From Tagaea sp. (GTDB taxonomy: Bacteria; Pseudomonadota; Alphaproteobacteria; CACIAM-22H2), in assembly GCA_965279525.1 (NCBI GenBank), contig CBDIIB010000004.1, positions 576,001-640,000 of the forward strand: DNA of 64,000 nt, in the 5' to 3' direction. Position 1 is the first letter of the stretch. Every line of letters begins with the position of its first letter. Both the position numbers and the translations under genes were made by a program. The notes under the pieces were generated by a model. That model was not told where the DNA came from. It did not search any database and was given only the letters and a program-made list of their open reading frames with translations. Below are positions 9,030 through 19,840 of the stretch, one piece after another.

Positions 9030-9788
9030 TTGACCTTCGACCGCTCTCCGCCCGTTTTCGACGTCGATATCCGTGCCGCTGGCGTGGCCTATGACGGCGT
9101 CGCGCTGTTCGACGGCCTCGACCTGCACCTCGCGGCCGGGCGCATCGTCTGCCTGCTCGGCCCCTCGGGCGTGGGCAAAAGCACGCTGCTGCGGCTCGTC
9201 GCAGGGCTCGCGCCCGCCTCGCCTGGAACGCGGATCGTCGCCGGCGACGGGCGGCCGCTCGACGGACGCATCGCGTGGATGGCGCAACAGGACCTGCTCT
9301 GCCCGTGGCTCGACGTGCTGGGGAACGTGTCGCTCGGCAGCCGGCTGCGCGGCACGCCGCCCGACCGGGACCATGCCCTTGCCCTGATCGCGCAGGTGGG
9401 GCTCGCCGACAAGGCCCGCGCGATGCCGGCAACGCTTTCCGGCGGCCAGCGCCAGCGCGTGGCCCTTGCCCGCACGCTGATGGAGGACCGGCCGCTCGTG
9501 CTGATGGACGAGCCGTTCGCGGCGCTCGACACGATCACGCGCTGGCGGCTTCAGGAACTCGCCGCCACGCTGCTCGCCGGACGCACCGTCGTGCTCGTCA
9601 CGCATGATCCGCGCGAAGCGCTGCGCATCGGCCACGAGATCCGCGTCATTTCCGGTCAGCCGGCGCGGCTGGGTGCACCGATCCATCCCGATGGTCCGGT
9701 TCCCCGCCCGCTCGATGATCCGGCCTTGCTCGCACTTGAAGCCCGGTTGATCGGCGAACTCGCGCATGCCGCCGGTGCGTCCGCATGA
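9030..9788 (+). CDS. thiZ: ABC transporter ATP-binding subunit (ThiZ-like)
   Basis: GPSGVGKST, LSGGQRQR and DEPF motifs; follows TPP riboswitch; TTG start. Confidence 0.85.
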   Translation: MTFDRSPPVFDVDIRAAGVAYDGVALFDGLDLHLAAGRIVCLLGPSGVGKSTLLRLVAGLAPASPGTRIVAGDGRPLDGRIAWMAQQDLLCPWLDVLGNVSLGSRLRGTPPDRDHALALIAQVGLADKARAMPATLSGGQRQRVALARTLMEDRPLVLMDEPFAALDTITRWRLQELAATLLAGRTVVLVTHDPREALRIGHEIRVISGQPARLGAPIHPDGPVPRPLDDPALLALEARLIGELAHAAGASA

Positions 9789-10540
9789 TGCGCGCCGTTC
9801 GCCCCATTCTCGTGCTTGCCGGCGTGTGCGCCGTCTGGGAACTCGTCGTGCGCGCGACCGGCGTGCCGCATTACATCCTGCCCGGTCCGATGCGCGTGGC
9901 GAATGCGCTTGCCAGCCAATACGCCTTCATCCTCGAGAATGCGGTGATCACGCTGGTCGAGATGGTCCTCGGGCTGGCACTGGGCGTGTCGTGCGGCATC
10001 GTCTCGGCTTTGCTGCTCGCCCAGTCGCGCACGGCGCGGCGCTGGTTCCTGCCGCTCGTCCTGGCAAGCCAGGCGATCCCGATCTTCGCGATCGCCCCGC
10101 TGCTCGTGCTGTGGTTCGGCTTCGGCATCGCCTCGAAGGTGGCCGCCGCATCCCTCATCATCTTCTTTCCCGTCACGTCCGCCTTCTATGACGGACTGGT
10201 GCGTACCGAGCGCGGCTGGCTCGACCTCGCGCACGTGATGGGGGCACGCCCGCTTGCGGTCTTGCTGCGCCTGCGCCTTCCGGCGGCCCTGCCCGCTCTC
10301 GCTTCCGGCATCCGTGTCGCCGCTGCCGTCGCCCCCATCGGCGCCGTGATCGGCGAATGGGTCGGTGCGTCCGCTGGCCTCGGGTTCCTGATGTTGCAGG
10401 CCAACGCGCAGATGCAGGTCGACCTGCTGTTCGCCGCCCTCTTCGTCCTCGCGATCTTCGCGATCGCCTTCTATGCCGCCATCGACGCGGCCTTGCGCCG
10501 CCTCGTGCCGTGGCAGCCCGTCACCGCCCAAACCGATTGA
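9785..10540 (+). CDS. thiX: ABC transporter permease (ThiX-like)
   Basis: SsuC/TauC-type permease (SQAIP..AIAP, GAVIGEWVG); overlaps the thiZ stop. Confidence 0.85.
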   Translation: MMRAVRPILVLAGVCAVWELVVRATGVPHYILPGPMRVANALASQYAFILENAVITLVEMVLGLALGVSCGIVSALLLAQSRTARRWFLPLVLASQAIPIFAIAPLLVLWFGFGIASKVAAASLIIFFPVTSAFYDGLVRTERGWLDLAHVMGARPLAVLLRLRLPAALPALASGIRVAAAVAPIGAVIGEWVGASAGLGFLMLQANAQMQVDLLFAALFVLAIFAIAFYAAIDAALRRLVPWQPVTAQTD

Positions 10541-10562
10541 ACCACCGGAAGGACCTTCAAAG

Positions 10563-11525
10563 ATGATCTCCCGACGCACCGCGATCGCCAGTGCCCTTGC
10601 CGCACTCGCGGCCCCTGCCCTCGTCCGCACGGCGGCAGCGCAGGGCCAACCTTTCACGCTGCTGCTGGACTGGTTCATCAACCCGAATCACGGACCGATC
10701 CTGGCCGCACAGGAGCTGGGCTATTTCCGCGAAGCGGGGCTGGCGATGACCATCGTGCCGCCGGCCGATCCGAACGATCCGCCGCGTCTCGTCGCGGCCG
10801 GTCGCGGCGACGTCGCGGTCAGCTATCCGCACACACAGATCCGGCAGGCCGTCGACGATATCCCCACGATGCGCATCGGCGCACTCATCGACACGCCGTT
10901 GTCGACCATCACGGTGCTGGCCGATGGCCCGATCAAGACGCTGGCCGATTTCCGCGGCCGCAAGATCGGCTATTCGATTTCCGGCATCGAGGGCGCCCTG
11001 CTGCGCACCATGCTCGCCACAGTCGGCGTGGGTGCCAACGAGATCGAGCTGATCAACGTCAACTTCTCGCTGTCGCCGGCCCTGCTGAGCAAGCGCGTGG
11101 ACGGCGTCATCGGCGCGTTCCGGAACTTCGAGCTGTTCCAGCTCGAGATCGAGGGATCGAAGGGCCGCGCCTTCTTCCTCGAGGAGCACGGCGTGCCCAC
11201 GCACGATGCGCTCACCTTCACCGCCAACCGCGAGCGTGCCCGTGCGGGCGACCCGCGCTTGCGCGCATTTCTCGACGCGGTCGAGCGCGGCGCCCTCTAT
11301 TGCACCAACAATACCGACGCGGCCTGGGGCCTGTTCATCAAGGGACGCGGACAGCTCGACAACGAGCTCAACCGGCGCGCCTGGCGGGCGAGCGTGCCGC
11401 GCTATGCGCACACGCCGGGTGCGGTCGACAAGGCGCGCGAACTGCGCTTCGCGCGGTTCCTGCACGCCAACGGCATCATCCCGCGCATCCCGCCGGTGGA
11501 CAGTTTCGTCGCCCAGCTCGCCTGA
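10563..11525 (+). CDS. thiY: NMT1/THI5-like periplasmic binding protein (ThiY-like)
   Basis: LDWFINPNH, PPADPNDP and GAFRNFE motifs; twin-arginine-like signal MISRR. Confidence 0.85.
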   Translation: MISRRTAIASALAALAAPALVRTAAAQGQPFTLLLDWFINPNHGPILAAQELGYFREAGLAMTIVPPADPNDPPRLVAAGRGDVAVSYPHTQIRQAVDDIPTMRIGALIDTPLSTITVLADGPIKTLADFRGRKIGYSISGIEGALLRTMLATVGVGANEIELINVNFSLSPALLSKRVDGVIGAFRNFELFQLEIEGSKGRAFFLEEHGVPTHDALTFTANRERARAGDPRLRAFLDAVERGALYCTNNTDAAWGLFIKGRGQLDNELNRRAWRASVPRYAHTPGAVDKARELRFARFLHANGIIPRIPPVDSFVAQLA

Positions 11526-11528
11526 AAC

Positions 11529-13391
11529 CTAGCGGGCGGCCTGCGGCGAGCCTTCGACGGCATCGGCTTCGATGCGCGCAAGTGCTTCGCGCGTCTCGAG
11601 CTGCCGGCGCCACATCTGGGCGTAGACGCCATCGGCGGCGAGCAGGCCCGCATGCGTGCCGCGCTCGACCACGCTGCCCTTCTCGAGCACGACGATCTGG
11701 TCGGCATCGACCACCGTCGAAAGGCGGTGCGCGATCGTCAGCGTCGTGACGCCGACGGAAATCTGGCGAAGTGATTCCTGGATCGCCTTCTCGGTCCGCG
11801 TGTCGAGCGCACTGGTCGCCTCGTCGAACACCAGCAGCTTGGGACGCTTCAGGATCGTGCGCGCGATCGACACGCGCTGGCGCTCGCCGCCCGAAAGCTT
11901 CAGGCCGCGCTCGCCCACGCGCGTCTGATAGCCGTCGGGCAGAGACAGCACGAACTCGTGGATGCGCGCCAGACGTGCCGCCTCTTCGACCTCTTCCTTC
12001 GTAGCGGACGGCCGGCCATAGGCGATGTTGTAATAGATCGTGTCGTTGAACAGCACCGTGTCCTGCGGGACGATGCCGATCGCCGCACGCACGGACGATT
12101 GCGTGACATCGCGCAGATCCTGCCCGTCGATCTTCACGGCCCCGCCTGTCACGTCGTAGAAGCGGAACAGCAGCCGCGAGATCGTGGACTTGCCGGCACC
12201 CGAGGCACCGACGATGGCCAGCGTCTTGCCCGGCGGCACGTCGAGATCGATGCCGTTGAGGATCGAGCGACGCGCATCGTAGCCGAACGTCACGTTCTCG
12301 AACGTCACATGGGCGCCGGCGACCTTCAGTTCGGCGGCGTCGGGCTTGTCGACGACCTCGGCGTTCGCGTGCAGCAGCTTGAACATCGACTGCATGTCGA
12401 TCAGGGCTTGGCGGATCTCGCGATAGACCATGCCGAGGAAGTTGAGCGGCAGATAGAGCTGGATCAGGTAGGCGTTGACCATCACGAACCCGCCCACGGT
12501 CATGGCACCCGCCGCCACGTCGAACGCGGCCAGCAGCATCACGAGCGTCAGGCCGATGGCGATGACGAATCCCTGCCCGACATTGAGGATCGAAAGCGAC
12601 GTCTTGGACAGCACCGCCGCGCGCTCGTATGCGTCGAGCGAACGGTCGAACCGGCGTGCCTCGTGCCCTTCGTTGCCGAAATACTTGACCGTCTCGTAAT
12701 TGAGGAGGCTATCGACTGCCTTGGTCGACGCCTCGCCCTCCGCCTCCAGCATCGCGCGGCGATAGCGCAGCCGCCAGGCGGTGATCGCGAAGGTGTAGGC
12801 CACGTACAGCGCGATGGTGACGAACGTGACCGCGGCGAAGCGCCAGTCATAGAGGTACCAGAGCATGCCGCAGACTAGCGTGATCTCCAGGAACGTCGGC
12901 ACGACCTGGAACAGCATGAAGTGAAGCAGGTTCTCGATGCCCGCCGTCCCGCGCTCGATCGCGCGGTTGAGCCCGCCGGTCTGCCGGTCCAGATGGAAGC
13001 GCAGCGACAGGCGATGCAGGTGCTGGAAGGTTTCCAGCGCCACCTTGTGCATGGCCTGGTGCGCCACGCGCGCGAACACGATCTCGCGCAGCTCGTTGAA
13101 AGCCTGCGAGCAGATCCGGGCACCGCCATAGGCAAGCACGACGCCCACCGGCACGATGACGGCAGCACCCCCGGCACTCGAAAGCGCGTCGACGGCGTAG
13201 CGGTAGAAGAGAGGGACGATGATCGTGGCGAGTTTGGCGCAGACGAGCAGCACGACGGCCGCAACGACGCGAACCCGCACCTCGGGCCGGTCCTTCGGCC
13301 AGAGATAGGGAAGCAGCCGCGCGATGGTGCGGACCTCTTGGTCGGCAACACCCGGGACGTGGAGTGGATCGGCGGGACTCGCTCTGCGCAT
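11529..13391 (-). CDS. atm1: ABCB family (Atm1/HMT1-like) fused ABC exporter
   Basis: LSLRFHLDRQTGG, DSLLNYETVKYF, PLNFLG, GASGAGKST and LSGGE motifs. Confidence 0.9.
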   Translation of the reverse strand: MRRASPADPLHVPGVADQEVRTIARLLPYLWPKDRPEVRVRVVAAVVLLVCAKLATIIVPLFYRYAVDALSSAGGAAVIVPVGVVLAYGGARICSQAFNELREIVFARVAHQAMHKVALETFQHLHRLSLRFHLDRQTGGLNRAIERGTAGIENLLHFMLFQVVPTFLEITLVCGMLWYLYDWRFAAVTFVTIALYVAYTFAITAWRLRYRRAMLEAEGEASTKAVDSLLNYETVKYFGNEGHEARRFDRSLDAYERAAVLSKTSLSILNVGQGFVIAIGLTLVMLLAAFDVAAGAMTVGGFVMVNAYLIQLYLPLNFLGMVYREIRQALIDMQSMFKLLHANAEVVDKPDAAELKVAGAHVTFENVTFGYDARRSILNGIDLDVPPGKTLAIVGASGAGKSTISRLLFRFYDVTGGAVKIDGQDLRDVTQSSVRAAIGIVPQDTVLFNDTIYYNIAYGRPSATKEEVEEAARLARIHEFVLSLPDGYQTRVGERGLKLSGGERQRVSIARTILKRPKLLVFDEATSALDTRTEKAIQESLRQISVGVTTLTIAHRLSTVVDADQIVVLEKGSVVERGTHAGLLAADGVYAQMWRRQLETREALARIEADAVEGSPQAAR

Positions 13392-13434
13392 CGCGTCAAT
13401 CTAGGTATGCGGGCGGCGGGACGCCAGCCCCCCG

Positions 13435-16386
13435 CTAGTCGGCCGCCTGCCCGGCCCGGCTGCCCGGATCGGCAAGATGGCGCACGACGAGCGTAAGCAG
13501 CGCTTCCTTGCGGAACGGCTTGGAGATGAAATCGTTCATGCCGGCGGCGAGTGCAGCCTCCCGGTCCGTTTCGAAGGCGTTCGCGGTGACCGCGAGGATC
13601 GGCACGCCGGCGCCCTCGCCGTCGAGCGCCCGGATCGCGGCGGTCGCGGCATAGCCGTCCATCTCGGGCATGTTCACGTCCATCAGGATGAGGTCGTAGG
13701 GTGCCACGCGCTGGGCTTCGACTGCTTCCAGTCCATTGCCCGCCGTATCGACGCGCAGGCCGATCGGCTCGAGCATCGCCGACACGATCAGCCGGTTGGT
13801 CTGGTTGTCTTCGGCCAGCAGGATGCGCAGCGGCCGGTTGCGCGCGCGCGACAGCCGCTCGATCTCGCCCGCCCAGTCGATGTTGCCGGGCTTGGCATCG
13901 CTCTCGAGGCTCGCCTGGGTCAGCACGACATCGAACAGGAACACGCTGCCCCCGCCCGGCGTGCTTTCCGCCCGGAGCTCGCCGCCCATGCGCGCGACCA
14001 GCCGGCGCGAGATCGCAAGCCCGAGCCCCGTGCCGCCGAAGCGCCGCGCGATCGAGCCGTCGAGCTGCTCGAATTCGCGGAACAGGCGCGGCAGGCGGTC
14101 TTCCGGAATCCCGATGCCGGTATCGCGCACCGAGAACCAGCCGCGGATCCGCCCGTCGGGCTGCACGCGTGCCGACGCCTCGACCCGCACGCTGCCCCGC
14201 TCGGTGAACTTGATCGCGTTGGACAGCAGGTTAAGCAGCACCTGGCGCAGACGCCCGGGATCGCCGCGCAGGCGCTCGGGAACGTCGCCGTTCATCTGCC
14301 ATTCGAGCGTCAGGTTCTTCGCCTTCGCGCGCGCGGCGACGATCTCGATGGTCGAGCGGACGAGCGCGTTGAGGTCGAACGCGAGATCCTCGAACTCGAG
14401 CCGCCCGGCCTCGAGTTTCGAGAAGTCCAGCACGTCGTTGATGATCTGCAGGAGCGAGTCCGACGCGTCGCGGATCGAATGCACGTAGAGCCGCTGTTGG
14501 GAGTCGAGCGCTGTATCCAGCAGCAGGCTCGCCATGCCCATGACGCCGTTGATCGGCGTGCGCACCTCGTGGCTCATCGTCGCGAGGAAACGCGACTTGG
14601 CATCGCTTGCCGCCTCGGCCGTTTCCTTGGCCTGCGTCAGTGCCCGCGTCGCGGCGATGTCGGTCGTCACGTCCTGCAGCAGGTGGATCTCGCCACCGGA
14701 CGCGGTCGAGAACCCGATCACGCGGATCGTGCGGCCGTCGGCGAGCTGCCGGTCATAGGGCACGCCGCCGCGCACGACGAACGACAGACGGTCGACGACC
14801 CACGCTTCGCGCTCGTGGGCCGGCACGGCGAACAGCGGTGCAGCCGCGTGCAGGTGCATCAGGTCGTAGGCGAGCATGCCGATTTCGATCTGGCCGCGCA
14901 CGTGCGGGTACATCTCCTCGTATTTGCGGTTCCACATCAGGACCCGGCGACTGGCATCGAACATCAGGAAGGCGTCGCGCAGCGCCTCGATGCCGTCGCG
15001 CAGCGTGCGCTCGCTGTCTTCCGCGCGGATCTTCGCGATGGCCAGCGCCTGGCGCGCTTCCATCTCCTCGGTCATGTCGCGCCCGGAGCCGCGATAGCCG
15101 GCGAACTGTCCCGCGTCGTCGAAGATCGGTTTGCCGCTGATCGACAGGAAGCGGCGCCGCCCGATCGCGTCGAACCGCTCGTAGCGGAAATCGCGGAACG
15201 CCTCGCGCCGCTGGAGCTGGGCGCGATGTTCGGCCCATCCGGTTTCGTCCACGCCCATCACGCCGAGCTCGTCGCGCCGCATGCCGTACTGCGATTCCGG
15301 CTGCGAGCCGGAAAGCCGGTAGTTGGAATCCGACAGGAACGTGAAGCGCAGCTCGGCGTCCTGCTCCCAGAACCAGTCGGCCGTCGTCTCGGCGAAATCG
15401 CGGAAGCGCCGCTCGCGGTCCAGGATCGCGTGCTGGGCAGATTCCAGCTCGTTGAGCCGCCGGCGCAGCAGCCAGGCCATCGCGAAGACCGCTAGCGAGC
15501 CAAGCAGGGCGGCACCGACGATCGGCAGGTCCATGGCTTGCGCGTGAACGGCCATGTCGGCAGCGGCGGTCTCGACGAAGATGGCGATGGGCCATTCGCC
15601 GATCCACTCGAAGGCCGCAAGCCTGTCGACGCCGTCGATTGGCGAGGGTGCCCGCACGATGGCGCCGCCATCGGACACAAGTGCCGCCCACGCCGCATGG
15701 CCGGTGAGATCGTGGGCGGTGGCGTCGACATTGCCGCCGGTGGAGATGCGCACGCGCGTCAGGCCGTCCTGCCCGACCAACCCGATGGCACCGTCGTTGC
15801 CGAGATCGACCGCCCGCGCGATCGCGAGCAGGCGTGCCGGCATCATCGAGACGACGACGACACCCTCGAATGCGCCGGTCGGGCCGGCGATGCGGCGCGA
15901 CAACGGGATCGAATTGTTGTTCGACACGCGGCTCACCCGCGAGGCACCGAGGAACGGCACGTCGCCGGCACCGTCGCGGTGGAAGACGAAGAAGTCGCGG
16001 TCCGCGACGTTGACGGCGGCACCACCGGCACCCGACACGGCGACGAGATTGCCGGCGGCATCGGCGACGGCGACGAAATCGATCAGGCCCGGCGCCGAAG
16101 CGGCAAGTCGGTCGAGCAGGGCCGTGTCGAGCCCCGACATGCGCCGGTGGAAGGCGACGGCAAGCTGGGCGATGCGGTCGACCGATTCGAGCGTACGCTC
16201 GACGCTCTCGCGCGAGAGCCGGCACGTCTCCATCAGCGACAGCGTGGCGGCTTCGGCGGAATGCGAGCGCTGCGAATAAAGGGCGGCACCGGCAAACGCC
16301 CAGATCACGCCGGCGACGGCCAACGCGATCGCCAGTACCCGATCGACGCGCACATGCACGAAGGAGGCCCGGCGCGGAACGCTCAT
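13435..16386 (-). CDS. membrane hybrid sensor histidine kinase (Cache, PAS x2, HisKA, HATPase, REC)
   Basis: Two TM segments flanking a periplasmic domain; WFWEQD PAS; MSHEVRTP H-box; NAIKFT, DTGIG, GGTGLGL; REC with DVNMP. Confidence 0.93.
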   Translation of the reverse strand: MSVPRRASFVHVRVDRVLAIALAVAGVIWAFAGAALYSQRSHSAEAATLSLMETCRLSRESVERTLESVDRIAQLAVAFHRRMSGLDTALLDRLAASAPGLIDFVAVADAAGNLVAVSGAGGAAVNVADRDFFVFHRDGAGDVPFLGASRVSRVSNNNSIPLSRRIAGPTGAFEGVVVVSMMPARLLAIARAVDLGNDGAIGLVGQDGLTRVRISTGGNVDATAHDLTGHAAWAALVSDGGAIVRAPSPIDGVDRLAAFEWIGEWPIAIFVETAAADMAVHAQAMDLPIVGAALLGSLAVFAMAWLLRRRLNELESAQHAILDRERRFRDFAETTADWFWEQDAELRFTFLSDSNYRLSGSQPESQYGMRRDELGVMGVDETGWAEHRAQLQRREAFRDFRYERFDAIGRRRFLSISGKPIFDDAGQFAGYRGSGRDMTEEMEARQALAIAKIRAEDSERTLRDGIEALRDAFLMFDASRRVLMWNRKYEEMYPHVRGQIEIGMLAYDLMHLHAAAPLFAVPAHEREAWVVDRLSFVVRGGVPYDRQLADGRTIRVIGFSTASGGEIHLLQDVTTDIAATRALTQAKETAEAASDAKSRFLATMSHEVRTPINGVMGMASLLLDTALDSQQRLYVHSIRDASDSLLQIINDVLDFSKLEAGRLEFEDLAFDLNALVRSTIEIVAARAKAKNLTLEWQMNGDVPERLRGDPGRLRQVLLNLLSNAIKFTERGSVRVEASARVQPDGRIRGWFSVRDTGIGIPEDRLPRLFREFEQLDGSIARRFGGTGLGLAISRRLVARMGGELRAESTPGGGSVFLFDVVLTQASLESDAKPGNIDWAGEIERLSRARNRPLRILLAEDNQTNRLIVSAMLEPIGLRVDTAGNGLEAVEAQRVAPYDLILMDVNMPEMDGYAATAAIRALDGEGAGVPILAVTANAFETDREAALAAGMNDFISKPFRKEALLTLVVRHLADPGSRAGQAAD

Positions 16387-16572
16387 GATCGATGCACCCG
16401 CATAATCCCCCGCACGACGGCAAGGATAGGCTTTCGAGCCTAACGGAGCAAGTTCCGTAGCACCGCCCGTACTTGCACGCGATTTCCCCCTCCGCTACAA
16501 CCCGTTCGACAGGGGACGGCGCGAACGAACAGAAATCCGGCGCTCCCCGACGGCATAAAACGGGAGGAAAAC

Positions 16573-17553
16573 ATGACGATCCAGAACCTGAACCGGCGTT
16601 CGCTGCTCCAGTATTCGGCGGCAGCCGCGGCACTCGCAAGCGTACCGGGCATCGCCGACGCCCAGACGATCGACCGTCTGCGCATGTACATCCCCGCGGC
16701 TCCGGGCGGCGGCTGGGACCAGACCGGCCGCTCGATGGAGCAGGTGATGCGTGCGGCCGGCATCATGTCCAATTTCCAGTTCGAGAACGTGCCGGGTGCC
16801 GGCGGTGCCGTCGGCCTGCCCCGCTTCCTCGCCATGCGCGGCCAGGGCGACATGCTGATGGTCGGCGGCATGGTGATGGTCGGCTCGCTGATCGCGAACA
16901 AGAGCCCGGTCAAGATCACCGACGCGACCGCCATCGCGCGCCTGACCGGCGAGTTCCAGGTCGTCGTCGTGCCGCCCAATTCGCCGCACAAGGACATGAA
17001 GAGCCTCGCCGCCGCGGTGAAGGCGAACCCGGGTTCGGTCTCGTGGGCCGGCGGCTCGGCCGGCGGCACCGACCACATCCTCGTGGGCATGATCGGCCAG
17101 AAGCTCGGCGTCGAGCCCAAGGCGATGAGCTACGTCGCGTTCTCCGGCGGCGGTCCCGCCCAGGCGGCGATCCTCGGCGGCCAGACGACGTGCGGCGTGT
17201 CGGGCTGGGGCGAGTTCTCCGAGCAGGTGAAGGCCGGGCGCCTTCGCGCCATCGCGATCTCGGCACCCACCCGCCAGGCCGGCATCGACGTGCCGACGCT
17301 GATCGAACAGGGCGTCGACGTCGAGCTGTTCAACTGGCGCGGCGTGTTCGCCACGCCGGGCGTGTCGGCGGCCCAGCGTACCGCCCTTCTCGGCCTCGTC
17401 GACCGCATGGCCAAGAGCAGCCAGTGGAAGGAAGAATGCACCAAGCGCGACTGGACCCAGATCTACCAGGCGGGCGACGATTTCGGGAACTACGTGAAGG
17501 CCGAAGTGGCGCGCATCGAAGGCGTGCTGCGCGGTCTCGGCCTCGCGGCCTGA
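16573..17553 (+). CDS. tctC: tripartite tricarboxylate transporter binding protein (TctC/Bug)
   Basis: PAAPGGGWD, ENVPGAGG, GGSAGGTDH and NWRGV motifs; GGAGG RBS. Confidence 0.93.
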   Translation: MTIQNLNRRSLLQYSAAAAALASVPGIADAQTIDRLRMYIPAAPGGGWDQTGRSMEQVMRAAGIMSNFQFENVPGAGGAVGLPRFLAMRGQGDMLMVGGMVMVGSLIANKSPVKITDATAIARLTGEFQVVVVPPNSPHKDMKSLAAAVKANPGSVSWAGGSAGGTDHILVGMIGQKLGVEPKAMSYVAFSGGGPAQAAILGGQTTCGVSGWGEFSEQVKAGRLRAIAISAPTRQAGIDVPTLIEQGVDVELFNWRGVFATPGVSAAQRTALLGLVDRMAKSSQWKEECTKRDWTQIYQAGDDFGNYVKAEVARIEGVLRGLGLAA

Positions 17554-17577
17554 CCGGGATCGACTGAAGGCAAGTCG

Positions 17578-17614
17578 CGGCGCGGGTCGGGGGACGGCCC
17601 GCGCCGTTTCTTTT
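17578..17614 (+). terminator. intrinsic terminator/attenuator hairpin between tctC and tctB
   Basis: CGGCGCGGGTCG-GGGGA-CGGCCCGCGCCG stem-loop followed by TTTCTTTT. Confidence 0.75.
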
Positions 17615-17627
17615 CGGAGGGGATGGG

Positions 17628-18101
17628 ATGGGTCTGCGTCTGTCGGCCGAGTTCTGGTGCGGCCTGTGCGTGCTCGGCTTCGCCGCGATCGTCGGCTACG
17701 AGGCGTCGCTGATCCCGACATCGCTCTACGCGCGCGTGGGCCCGCAGGTGATTCCGTTCGCGGTCGCGGGCGGGCTGGCGCTGCTGGGCATAATCCTGCT
17801 GGTGCAGAACGCGCGCGGCAGCTGGGACACGTCGCACGACCCTGAACTCACGCTGCCAATCGACTGGCGAAGTGCGCGCTGGCTGCTGCTTGGCCTGGCG
17901 CTGAACCTGGCGCTCATCGCGGACGCGGGCTTCATCATCGCGTCGAGCCTGCTGTTCGCGTGCACCGCGCGCTGCTTCGGCAGCGAGCGTCCGCTCAAGG
18001 ACGTGGCGCTCGGCATCCTTCTTTCGGCGACGGCCTATTTCGGATTTTCACGCGGCCTCGGCATCAATATCGGTGCCGGGCCGATCGAGGCGCTTTTCTA
18101 G
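17628..18101 (+). CDS. tctB: TctB small membrane subunit
   Basis: Four-TM protein with VGP..P motif between tctC and tctA. Confidence 0.85.
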   Translation: MGLRLSAEFWCGLCVLGFAAIVGYEASLIPTSLYARVGPQVIPFAVAGGLALLGIILLVQNARGSWDTSHDPELTLPIDWRSARWLLLGLALNLALIADAGFIIASSLLFACTARCFGSERPLKDVALGILLSATAYFGFSRGLGINIGAGPIEALF

Positions 18102-19598
18102 ATGGACACGCTCACGGCACTCGCCGGCGGCTTCGCGGTCGCGCTCACGGCCAACAACCTGATGTTCGCGTTGCTCGGCACGTTCCTCGGCACGGCAATC
18201 GGCGTGCTGCCGGGCCTCGGGCCCGCACTCACCATCGCGCTGCTGTTGCCGATCACCTACAAGGTCGACGCGACGGGCGCCTTCATCCTGTTCGCGGGCA
18301 TCTATTACGGCGCGATGTACGGCGGCTCGACGACGTCGATCCTGCTCAACACGCCGGGCGAAAGCGCCACCATCGTGACGGCCCTCGAAGGCAACAAGAT
18401 GGCCAAGCGCGGGCGCGCGGGTGCGGCCCTCGCCACGTCGGCCATCGGCAGCTTCGTCGCCGGCACCATCGGCACGATCGGCATCACGTTCCTGGCGCCC
18501 ATCGTCGTGGAACTAGCCCTCAAGTTCGGCCCGGCCGAGTATTTCTGCCTGATGGTGCTGGCCTTCGTGACCGTGTCGGCCGTTCTCGGCAACTCGACCT
18601 CGCGCGGCCTCACGTCGCTGTTCTTCGGCATCTGGCTCGGCCTCATCGGCATCGACCTGCAGACCGGCCAACCGCGCTTCACGTTCGGCCTGCTCGAACT
18701 GCTCGACGGCATCAACGTGATCGTCGTCGCCGTCGGCCTGTTCGCGGTCGGCGAGACGCTGTGGCTCGCCTCGCGCCACGCGCACGGCAATGACGAGCTG
18801 CTGCCGCTCTCCGGCTCGCTGTGGATGACCAAGGACGAATGGAAGCGCAGCTGGAAGCCGTGGTTCCGCGGCACCGGCCTCGGCTTCTCGATCGGCGCGT
18901 TGCCCGCGGGCGGTGCGGAGATCCCGACCTTCCTTTCGTACTATCTGGAGAAGAAGCTGTCGGTGAAGCCCGAGGAATTCGGCCACGGTGCCATCGAAGG
19001 CGTGGCCGGCCCCGAGGCCGCCAACAACGCGTCGGCCGCCGGCGTGCTGGTGCCGATGCTCACGCTCGGCCTGCCGACGTCGGCCACCGCCGCGATCATG
19101 CTGTCGGCCTTCCAGAGCTACGGCATCCAGCCCGGCCCGCTTCTGTTCCAGAATCAGGCCGCGCTCGTGTGGGGCCTGATCGCCTCGCTCTACATCGCCA
19201 ACGTGATGCTGCTGGTGATGAACCTGCCGCTCGTGCCACTGTGGGTTAAGATCCTCGCCATCCCAAAGCCGTGGCTCTATGGCGGCATCCTCGTGTTCGC
19301 GACGATCGGCACCTACGGCATCAGCCAGAGCGTGATCGACCTCGTGCTGCTCTACGCGGTCGGCCTGATCGGCTATGCGATGCGCCGGTTCGACTTCCCC
19401 TCGGCCCCGGTCATCATCGGCATGATCCTCGGGCCGCTTGCCGAGCAGGAGCTGCGCCGCGCGCTGACGATCAGCCAGGGCGACTGGACCGTGTTCCTCA
19501 CCCGCCCGCTGTCGGCGACGCTGATCGGCATCGCCCTGCTCGCCCTCGCCGGCCCGCAGATCTGGGCGGCGATGCAGCGGCGCAAGGCGATCGGCTGA
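18102..19598 (+). CDS. tctA: TctA large membrane subunit
   Basis: [22 protein letters not shown] and GPEAANNA motifs. Confidence 0.95.
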   Translation: MDTLTALAGGFAVALTANNLMFALLGTFLGTAIGVLPGLGPALTIALLLPITYKVDATGAFILFAGIYYGAMYGGSTTSILLNTPGESATIVTALEGNKMAKRGRAGAALATSAIGSFVAGTIGTIGITFLAPIVVELALKFGPAEYFCLMVLAFVTVSAVLGNSTSRGLTSLFFGIWLGLIGIDLQTGQPRFTFGLLELLDGINVIVVAVGLFAVGETLWLASRHAHGNDELLPLSGSLWMTKDEWKRSWKPWFRGTGLGFSIGALPAGGAEIPTFLSYYLEKKLSVKPEEFGHGAIEGVAGPEAANNASAAGVLVPMLTLGLPTSATAAIMLSAFQSYGIQPGPLLFQNQAALVWGLIASLYIANVMLLVMNLPLVPLWVKILAIPKPWLYGGILVFATIGTYGISQSVIDLVLLYAVGLIGYAMRRFDFPSAPVIIGMILGPLAEQELRRALTISQGDWTVFLTRPLSATLIGIALLALAGPQIWAAMQRRKAIG

Positions 19599-19607
19599 CC
19601 GTGCTGG

Positions 19608-19640
19608 AAATAGGTTACATCAGGTTACGGTAACCTATTT
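19608..19640. repeat. perfect 11-bp inverted repeat with an internal AGGTTAC direct repeat
   Basis: AAATAGGTTAC (19608-18) / GTAACCTATTT (19630-40). Confidence 0.85.
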
Positions 19641-19840
19641 AAGTCATTGAAACAAAACGAATGTAACGTCCGCGCGCTTCACGTGCTACGTGCCGTGCGA
19701 CGGGCGCGATTCCGCATCCGCCCCGACCGCGCGACTCATGTTCCCCCTTCACGATGTCAAACAGCACAGGCTTGCGCCCTGCACCGCATGATAGGGATGT
19801 TTGCTGAAATAGGAATACGCACAATCGTAGGCGTCTTCCC

